In this document: in pieces, positions 1-7,016 of the stretch
Layout of the letters: each line of letters opens with the position of its first letter
How positions within the stretch are numbered: the stretch's first letter is position 1
NCBI GenBank assembly: GCA_035643635.1
Contig: DASQQB010000139.1
Span: 54,865-86,864, forward strand
Origin: Nitrososphaeraceae archaeon
Lineage (GTDB): Archaea; Thermoproteota; Nitrososphaeria; Nitrososphaerales; Nitrososphaeraceae
Direction: 5' to 3'
DNA length: 32,000 bases
Made by a program: the position numbers and the translations under genes
Notes under the pieces: model-generated
Databases searched by the model: none
Told to the model about the DNA's origin: nothing
The model's input: the letters and a program-made list of their open reading frames with translations, nothing else

Positions 1-510
1 AAGAAAAGGAAAATAATTTTCTATCCTTTGCTAATATCGTATTGTGAAGCGACAACTAAATTTAAAGAATATTTTAAACAAAGAATGCGTGTAAGTGAAG
101 GTCATATCAGAGGATTAAAAAGAAACACTCTTAGAATACTAACCAGTAAAATATCTTATATCGACAAGATTGAGTTACTGTTCACTGGATTGCAGTATGC
201 AAAGTCTATAGGAATAATTGGCTTGATCATTATTGATTACATGTTACTGTCGACTAATGGAGTTGATTTTATTATGCACAATTATTTTTTAAAGATATTA
301 TTATTTGTACAGTTTGTAAGTTTCTTAATCATTATAGGCACGAATTTTATATCCATCTCATTATGCCGTAACATAAGAAACTATAGCATCAAGGATGCTT
401 TATACTCAATGTCTCTGGATGTATATTCGATGCCCGCATTTATACTTGGATCGATTCTTGGGCTATCTAGAAGAAAGGGAATATTTTATAAAACAGAGCG
501 AAATCCTTAA
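1..510 (+). CDS. Glycosyltransferase family 2, C-terminal part (5' end lies outside the window)
   Basis: Frame 1 is open from base 1 (KKRKIIFYPLLISY...), so track ORF 28..510 is the tail of a longer gene. 'EATTKFKEYFKQRMRVSEGHIRG' fits the Q(R/Q)xRW-motif region of processive GT2 enzymes (W replaced by V). Several hydrophobic helices follow. Confidence 0.6.
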   Translation, partial: KKRKIIFYPLLISYCEATTKFKEYFKQRMRVSEGHIRGLKRNTLRILTSKISYIDKIELLFTGLQYAKSIGIIGLIIIDYMLLSTNGVDFIMHNYFLKILLFVQFVSFLIIIGTNFISISLCRNIRNYSIKDALYSMSLDVYSMPAFILGSILGLSRRKGIFYKTERNP

Positions 511-1024
511 AAATACTATGATGCAAAGATTCAGTTGCTATAATATTACAGACTATGAGAAGGAAATCCAATATAAAATAGATGAAGTTGAACCTCATAA
601 TATTAGCATTAATCCTTTTACCTTTAAATTACAATGGCGTAACGCCTATTGAGCCATCTAAGTTTGTTCATACACAACTGGATTGATCCGAACAATTCGA
701 GGGAATACTGTTTTAACTGTTATACATTGACACTAGAGGATCCCTCAGATGGAAAGGTTACGAGGAGATAGACACAAGATTCTTTATTGACCCTAAAGAC
801 ACAAAGGAAATTAGAAAGCTCTTTAAAACTTACAAAGAAACACTCAAGAGCAGATTCAAACAGAAGATATCAAGATGACAATATTTTCTATAGAAGAGAT
901 TCGATCCAAGCAAGCATATTCTTAATCGAGAAAAATTGGCATCGACATTTTGAATAGCTCTCTGGAATATTTTTTGAAATAATACAAAATATTTTTTACC
1001 TCGATTCATGTTAATGAGCTCATC

Positions 1025-2002
1025 TTGGATTCGGGATCTGAACATTCAATTAACTTGCCACTAGTTAGTGAAAAAGAAGAAAATATTTGTTTACCCCTTG
1101 TAATAAATGTAATTTCAAAATATTGGGGATATGAAATTGACTTAGAAGAAACTTTACAAATCGCAAAAAAATATCATGGTATGAAAGGTTCTATAATGAT
1201 AGAAGGAATAGAGATAGCCGAAAGACATAACTTTGTTTCATATATTTATAAAGGTTCAGTAAATGATCTAAAAAAACGGATCGACCAAGGAGTACCTCCA
1301 ATAGTGATTCTTCCTGGAATTCACGATATGGTTCAACATGCTACGATAATATCTGGTTACAATCCCAAAGAGAATCGCATTCTTACTTATATTCCTCAAC
1401 CTGATACACTTGGTGCAATTCCTGAATCAAAATTTGAAGAAGAATGGGAGCAAGATGACAAGATTACTTTGATACTTATTCCAAAGGATATGGACGAGAT
1501 TTTTAAAAATGAAAAGAATTTGAAATTTATAAATTCAAATAGATATTGCTTCGAGGCGGAAAAATCACGTTTACAGGGAAACCTAAAAGACGCCTTATCA
1601 AAGTTACAAACAGCTGTAAACATTGATCCTGAAAATTCTCAAGCTTGGTCGCTTTTGGGCAGCATACACAATGAATTTAATTTAGATCACAATAATAAAA
1701 TTGAAGCTGATATTTTCTATGAAAAAGCAATTAAACTCAACCCAAAATATTATCTTGCTTTTCGCGGTTTAGGAAATTACCATTTGAAAAGGAAAAATTA
1801 TCATCTAGCAGATCGATATTATTCCAAGGCAATTGAAATTAACCCAAACAGATTTGGTCCAATATATAAAAACCGAGCTGCCGCAAGATTGGAGCTCAAG
1901 AATTACTCAGGCGCTAAAGAGGATCTTCTGCATTATTTGGAGCAAACACCCTCTGCAACGGATAAAAAAAATATTGAAGACGCAATACATCAACTTAACT
2001 AA
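1025..2002 (+). CDS. C39-like cysteine peptidase domain fused to C-terminal TPR repeats
   Basis: The N-terminal half has the C39-like layout: a Cys in 'EENICLPLVINVISKYWG' and a His in 'VQHATIISGYNPKENRILTYIPQP'. The C-terminal half has 3-4 TPR units (AWSLLGSIHNEF..., YEKAIKLNPKYYLAFRGLGNYH..., YSKAIEINPN...). The start is TTG at 1025, with no upstream ATG in frame. Confidence 0.7.
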   Translation: MDSGSEHSINLPLVSEKEENICLPLVINVISKYWGYEIDLEETLQIAKKYHGMKGSIMIEGIEIAERHNFVSYIYKGSVNDLKKRIDQGVPPIVILPGIHDMVQHATIISGYNPKENRILTYIPQPDTLGAIPESKFEEEWEQDDKITLILIPKDMDEIFKNEKNLKFINSNRYCFEAEKSRLQGNLKDALSKLQTAVNIDPENSQAWSLLGSIHNEFNLDHNNKIEADIFYEKAIKLNPKYYLAFRGLGNYHLKRKNYHLADRYYSKAIEINPNRFGPIYKNRAAARLELKNYSGAKEDLLHYLEQTPSATDKKNIEDAIHQLN

Positions 2003-2215
2003 CTGCCTATGTTTCCCAAATTCTGAAGACGATAAGCTCAAATCCTTAGGAAGGTTTACATAAATTATAACTTAATTCTACAGAACGCGTATATTACTGT
2101 CAATGATACCGCAATTTATTGAAATCATAGAATGATATATTGACTACGGAAATCTAAGATAGCAGAATTTAAGTGTGTTTGGAAGTGAAGATGGATCAAC
2201 AAAGTGATAGTTGAG

Positions 2216-2240
2216 TATTAGCTTATGGCATAAGCTAATA
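2216..2240. repeat. Perfect 25-nt palindrome (12-nt arms, 1-nt centre)
   Basis: tattagcttatg-g-cataagctaata. Arm 2 is the exact reverse complement of arm 1. It lies in non-coding DNA about 215 nt downstream of the TPR gene. Confidence 0.9.
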
Positions 2241-2490
2241 AAAATTATTACAGCTAAAGCAATGATCGTATTCAAGATAAGAATTAAAAATCGAAGAAGC
2301 TAGAATTTAGCTAGTGTACACCATTTAGTAAAAGATCCAATGTTAAGCTTATTTATATAACATCTTCAGGGTATTGCGACAGATATCCTTTTGAAAAAGC
2401 CTAACAACGAAATCAGATGATAAGTAAATGTGGGAGTGTACTTTATTTTTCCAAATAAATTTAGTATATTTCAAAGTTATTTCGCTATAA

Positions 2491-2784
2491 ATGATTTCCA
2501 TTGTTGCATTAATATTGATATATTCTCCAAGCTCTTGTATTCCAATGCAAAGAATTTTGATATATGCTCCAGCGGAAATTGTTGTTAAGCTACAGGAAAA
2601 ACTGAGGTATCAGTATGATGTCGAAGTTGAATTGTTATCCAATCAGGAGAGCATGTGTAAAATAGAGGCAAAGATACAAGGAAATTGGCATACTATCTGC
2701 AGGTTTGCACCTGATGAAAATATTAAAGACATATTAACAATGTTTAAAGTAAATTATGATTTAAAATTAAATAAAATAAAATAA
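2491..2784 (+). CDS. Hypothetical small protein (97 aa), hydrophobic N-terminus
   Basis: ATG-initiated ORF with a TATA-like 'tttagtatattt' about 21-32 nt upstream. The composition is protein-like, but I recognise no family. Confidence 0.4.
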   Translation: MISIVALILIYSPSSCIPMQRILIYAPAEIVVKLQEKLRYQYDVEVELLSNQESMCKIEAKIQGNWHTICRFAPDENIKDILTMFKVNYDLKLNKIK

Positions 2785-3050
2785 AACTAATCGTATATGG
2801 ATTCTAGTGGTAAATAATGAATAGTTTCTTTAGATGATTACACTCCTGCCTAAAGACGACGTCATCAACATGTCATAGATAACGTTTCCTAAATCTGTAC
2901 ATAATCGATTAATTGAGTCTCTGTTTTCTCAGTATTGCCTGACCATAGTGTCTTTGTATGTAATTCATTCGTATTATGGGAATATAGGAACACACACATA
3001 TTCAGTCATATTTAAGAATAATATTCTTGTTATTACCACAGTAATTAAAA

Positions 3051-3197
3051 ATGTGCATAAAAACATGCAAACATTGGGCTTGTAATGTATCAAATAATAC
3101 TTGTGTAGGTTGTGGTATAGTTATCTGCAGTTGCTGTTTACAAGAGCCACATAATTGTAAATGCGAGGGAAAAGAGAGTTGTTGTAGTTCTAAATAA
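3051..3197 (+). CDS. Candidate 48-aa Cys-rich mini-protein (zinc-finger-like or metallothionein-like); competes with an antisense reading
   Basis: ATG...TAA encodes MCIKTCKHWACNVSNNTCVGCGIVICSCCLQEPHNCKCEGKESCCSSK, with 12 Cys in 48 residues including CxxC, CxCC, CxC and CC motifs. An AT-rich TATA-like 'catatttaagaataatattc' lies 25-44 nt upstream. It is below the ORF-track cutoff. It is antisense to track ORF 3002..3211, which may be the tail of the adjacent pseudogene. Confidence 0.3.
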   Translation: MCIKTCKHWACNVSNNTCVGCGIVICSCCLQEPHNCKCEGKESCCSSK

Positions 3198-3403
3198 CCT
3201 TCTATATTCATATACGATAATATATATATCGATATATTTATTGCCTATCTTGTACCATCAAAAAGATCTCCCTATGAATTATTTGGAGCCCATTTCATCT
3301 GCATTTTCAGTGAATCTTTATCATTTTTTCTATTATTACAATAGTCTCTGCATGTTATCGTTGAACCATTCTTTTTGCATACTTTACCGGCATATTTGTT
3401 ATT

Positions 3404-3803
3404 TTACAAAGTTTCATTTAACGATATTCTACCAATGCCTTCAAAGTTAATCCGGTATTCTTTCTTGAGATCATCAAGCTTTGTTCTTATCTCATCTACT
3501 GGTCTTCCACCTTCAATTACATTATACCCATCTATCTCTTTGGATATACAAGAATAAATAATCGAACTACTAAATATCTTTTAGGAACTATTACCAGATT
3601 TTCTATAATAAAGGGTTTAAGTTAATAAATCCATATCTTGCCTTATTTTATTTTGCTAAGCCCGTGTCTTGGCAGAGCAAAGAACCACAGAGATACTTTG
3701 ATTTCTCAATTCATGTAATAATTCTCTGCTGCGTCCATATTCTCCTGTATAAATGCCATTAGAGTTCCATCCATGTCAGTGAAAGAATATTTTTTTGTAT
3801 CAT
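3404..3803 (-). pseudogene. Decayed HAD-IIB phosphatase gene (mannosyl-3-phosphoglycerate phosphatase / YedP-like)
   Basis: The minus strand reads MIQKNIL, a 1-nt slip, then FTDMDGTLMAFIQENMDAAENY, a second slip, then LHELRNQSISVVLCSAKTRA. A TAG follows exactly where the family has Glu (GAG). The same frame continues QNKIRQDMDLLT*TLYYRKSGNSS*KIFSSSIIYSCISKEIDGYNVIEGGRPVDEIRTKLDDLKKEYRINFEGIGRISLNETL*. HAD motif I (DxDGTL) and the S-x-KTRAE block sit at native spacing. There are at least 2 frameshifts and at least 4 in-frame stops. Confidence 0.6.
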
Positions 3804-4090
3804 TCTATATATATACAAAACGGGGTGTTGGTAGGCTATTGTCTAAGTTAAACATTGATTTATTTTACTAAAGTTATTAGTAGAATTAAGATTGGAACTA
3901 TTGGTAAGCGATTTATCATTAGATGTGTTCTTATCTACAATATATATTATTTTATATATATCATTTATATAACATGGATATATGTATATATAGTACCACT
4001 TAGGACCGTTGAATGTTATTTTTGTAAACTATAATTATGTACGATATTCTTATCAAGGATAATGTCATAATCAGACAGTGAATAAGCCAA

Positions 4091-4225
4091 ATGCATAAAG
4101 ACACTGTTAGTCCTAATCAATGCAAAATATGCGGAAAATTATTTTCTAGTCTAGGGGATATGGAGCTGCATCTCACTGTAGAACATATGCAAAAAGGAGA
4201 TATCGTATCAGATAATTCAATATAA
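4091..4225 (+). CDS. Candidate 44-aa single C2H2 zinc-finger mini-protein
   Basis: ATG...TAA encodes MHKDTVSPNQCKICGKLFSSLGDMELHLTVEHMQKGDIVSDNSI. This gives C-x2-C-x12-H-x4-H with Phe at the canonical +4 position after the second Cys. It is below the ORF-track cutoff. Confidence 0.45.
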   Translation: MHKDTVSPNQCKICGKLFSSLGDMELHLTVEHMQKGDIVSDNSI

Positions 4226-4694
4226 GAGACCTAAACTACTGTTAAAGAAATGTACACACGTTCTTAGGTTATCGAGATTATCTGAGCAGTTTGTTATTCT
4301 GAACTAGGGGAAATGCTCGCCTTTTGTGGTTCATTTTGTTTTATCGATTATTCATTCAACCCAGTACATTGAGGAGGATATCGTATGTTATTGTAGATAA
4401 GTGCATTCTTACATTATCTTAATTTCTGTTTTCTTTCTTTAATGTTAAGATGGATTATATTGTGGTTATCTCGGAGCTGGTTATGTGGTTATTCAGTACC
4501 AATATAAAAAAAATTCAAATGACAAGTCCATATATGAAAGACGAAAAATGAAATTATCTAAATGGTATTTGTGCTGCGACCAGTAAGTTATTGAGGCATT
4601 ATACATTCCTATATTTTCAAAACCTGCATGTTTGAATTGTGAAAATTTGTGTAATGAATCGACTAATAAATGCCATTGGCAATATATAGTATTA

Positions 4695-4710
4695 ATATAT
4701 ATATATATAT
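4695..4710. repeat. (AT)8 dinucleotide microsatellite
   Basis: Direct reading: atatatatatatatat, in non-coding DNA. Confidence 0.9.
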
Positions 4711-4791
4711 TCTATATGACACGAGATTTACAAAAATTGCACTAACTACAATGCTCTTGGAGTAAGTTATATATTCATTGTCTTCATCAAG

Positions 4792-4800
4792 TATAAAAAT
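4792..4800 (+). promoter_or_regulatory. TATA box for the 4825 gene (leaderless-type spacing)
   Basis: 'tataaaaat' is centred about 29 nt upstream of the ATG at 4825. Confidence 0.45.
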
Positions 4801-4824
4801 GACCTCCAATTCATTTGAAGATGA

Positions 4825-5235
4825 ATGAAACAAATTTTCAAAGACCTATGCAAAAGAGTGATTGGACTAGACTCTTCAATTCGATTTATTGGAATTGCTG
4901 ATGAACATGGTTCTTTGCTGTCTATAGCAGAACGTAAAGGTCTTAAACCATTGCTAAATGCTGAAGAAACAGCACAATATGCAATCACCGCTGCGACACG
5001 CCAGTATACCCGTCTAAGATGGGAATATCTATTGGGGACTGTTCATTATGCCTGCTCTCATTACGCCAAGCTTATTCGAGCAACCATTCCAATAACCGAC
5101 AATAACAATCATCTGGCGTATGTTGTATTGTTAACATTTGATGTAGGAACAGAAAATTTCCATAATATTATTATGAAAAAGATAATTCCGCTGATTCACG
5201 AGAACAACTCAAAGTTCCTTAGAAGAAATAATTAA
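4825..5235 (+). CDS. Hypothetical protein; possibly a Roadblock/LC7-like fold
   Basis: ATG ORF of 136 aa with a good TATA box. The pattern 'VIGLDSSIRFIGIADEHGSLLSIAE...AEETAQYAITAA...YVVLLTFDVGTENF' resembles Roadblock/MglB-type proteins. The fold call is tentative. Confidence 0.6.
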   Translation: MKQIFKDLCKRVIGLDSSIRFIGIADEHGSLLSIAERKGLKPLLNAEETAQYAITAATRQYTRLRWEYLLGTVHYACSHYAKLIRATIPITDNNNHLAYVVLLTFDVGTENFHNIIMKKIIPLIHENNSKFLRRNN

Positions 5236-5532
5236 TTTTTACCATAATTATCAAAATAATAATGGAACTAGAATTACAGGAATATTTGCATGAAACCTCT
5301 TAATTAGATGTAGAGTATATATATATAATACATATTCGATCTGCAACTATATTTCATATATAATTCGACACAAATTTCATTAAAAAGTATATAATTACTT
5401 GAATAAGGAATAGTGAGGAGCCATGATCAACAACAATTGTGGAAGGTTAAGAAGTTCGTAAGGTATTGATAGCCGTGTTTACCTTATAAACAACTATATT
5501 TTTAAAAGAAATATAAAAAGAGGTAATATAAA

Positions 5533-6504
5533 ATGGTGACAACAGCAGATGTCCAAGGAAACTTTGAAACAATAACCAATAATGGCTTAACTTGGATAGA
5601 TATACAAAATCCTACTCATAGCAAAATAGATATACTTGGACGGAAATATTTTTTTCATGAACTAAATCTAGAAGACTGTCTTTCAAAACGACAGATTCCT
5701 AAAATGGATAAATATGCTGATCATATCTTTGCTGTACTACATTTTCCTAGTATAGATAAGGAAAAAAGTACAACACTAAGGTTTAGCCAGTTGTCTATCT
5801 TCGCAGGAATGAATTATCTGGTTACAATACATCAAGGCGATCTTAAACCACTTGAAGAAATGTTTGAACTCTGTAAACACAGTGAGAAGTATAGGGCTGC
5901 ACAAATGGGAAAATCATCAGGATATCTTCTCCACAGCATAATAGATATGCTGGTAGATGATCTTCTTCACATATTGATGAAGGTGATTGGCAACCTAGAC
6001 GACATAGAAGACGCAGTGTTCGATGATAAGGTAGCAATTGTAAAAGAAATTTCGCTTCTTAGAAGAGAAATAACTGTGCTCAGGAGAATAGTCGTTCCTC
6101 TAAAAAGAATTGTAACAGAAATAACCAAGAATATACAGGGTTTTTCCGAAGAAGACCTCACACAATATTATGATGATGTAAAGGATCATATAGATAAAGT
6201 ATTAGAAGAATTAGATGTCGCTCACGAAACAATAGAGATCTATAAGGACACAGATTTTATGCTCAATACAGAAAAAACTAATCAGACTCTTTCTATTCTT
6301 ACAATACTTTTCACGCTTTCAATTCCCGCTACAGTAATAGGCGCTTTTTATGGGATGAATGTAAATTTGCCTGGAGGAATAATACGGCCTTGGACATTCC
6401 TTGGTCCATATACTACCTTAATAATTATACTTATAATTTCTACAGTCCCTGCATTGTTGATGATTTGGTACTTTCGTAGACTTAGATGGATGGGGGTTAC
6501 TTAA
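5533..6504 (+). CDS. corA: CorA-family Mg2+/Co2+ transporter
   Basis: The signature 'YGMNV' (GMN motif) lies between two C-terminal TM helices. The long N-terminal cytoplasmic domain has 'LTWIDIQNPT'. The length is 323 aa. Confidence 0.93.
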   Translation: MVTTADVQGNFETITNNGLTWIDIQNPTHSKIDILGRKYFFHELNLEDCLSKRQIPKMDKYADHIFAVLHFPSIDKEKSTTLRFSQLSIFAGMNYLVTIHQGDLKPLEEMFELCKHSEKYRAAQMGKSSGYLLHSIIDMLVDDLLHILMKVIGNLDDIEDAVFDDKVAIVKEISLLRREITVLRRIVVPLKRIVTEITKNIQGFSEEDLTQYYDDVKDHIDKVLEELDVAHETIEIYKDTDFMLNTEKTNQTLSILTILFTLSIPATVIGAFYGMNVNLPGGIIRPWTFLGPYTTLIIILIISTVPALLMIWYFRRLRWMGVT

Positions 6505-6595
6505 TAAGCTAATTAATAAGCTGGTAATGGTTATCTAATTCCTATCATCAAAAATTCCAAATATTAATTAAAGGTCAAAATAAAAAGCATATCTA

Positions 6596-6994
6596 ATGCA
6601 CAACCCAGAAATGGTTCCTAGATGGATAGTAGAATCTGATCCATCTTGGGAGAGATCAGTTGATTCTAATCTTGGTATGCTAAGATGGTGTAAAAAAGGT
6701 ACAAGTCTACGAGCGGTATGCTCTCCTACCAGTATGTTTTGTACCTTAATAGATGATAATCATGAAAATAGTAACGATGGTAATGATACTGGATTATATG
6801 ATCGCAGGACTCTGGGCATGAAGTCGTCATCATCAGAACAATTCGGAATAAATGTACCTCAAACAGTAGCATCAGAGATTACTAAATATCTATCGAGTAG
6901 GTACTTGAATCCGATGAATAGCAGTTTGATAGATCATTTGAATAATATGAACACACCATACCATAGTTTTCTATACCGTAAATTGATTAGGTAG
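6596..6994 (+). CDS. Hypothetical ORF (132 aa), doubtful
   Basis: It is the only long ORF in the CorA/SBP spacer. Its Ser/Asn-rich composition looks non-globular, and I recognise no motif. Confidence 0.25.
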   Translation: MHNPEMVPRWIVESDPSWERSVDSNLGMLRWCKKGTSLRAVCSPTSMFCTLIDDNHENSNDGNDTGLYDRRTLGMKSSSSEQFGINVPQTVASEITKYLSSRYLNPMNSSLIDHLNNMNTPYHSFLYRKLIR

Positions 6995-7016
6995 TTATTA
7001 AAATAGTTTAACTTCC

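Noticed and set aside
395-1045. Track ORFs 395..652 (+) and 830..1045 (-)
   Set aside because: The first overlaps the GT2 3' end out of frame. The second is antisense to the spacer carrying the possible recombinase relic and runs into the C39/TPR start. Neither has motifs.
1396-2063. Track ORFs 1396..1623 (-) and 1833..2063 (+), inside or overlapping the C39/TPR gene
   Set aside because: They are alternative-frame or antisense shadows of a gene with clear domain content.
3241-3557. Plus-strand track ORFs 3241..3450 and 3375..3557
   Set aside because: They lie antisense to the recognisable HAD-phosphatase pseudogene. Their low-complexity Leu/Ser/Phe-rich composition has no motifs. They are shadow ORFs.
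5415-5460. 11-codon upstream ORF (MINNNCGRLRSS) with a GGAG-like element ahead of corA, considered as a leader peptide
   Set aside because: It is too short and unremarkable, lies about 75 nt from corA with no evident alternative hairpins, and Shine-Dalgarno-led leader peptides are not an established feature of this lineage.
4767-6161. Minus-strand ORFs 4767..4988, 5843..6037 and 5967..6161
   Set aside because: They are antisense to the 4825 gene and to CorA, with no independent support.
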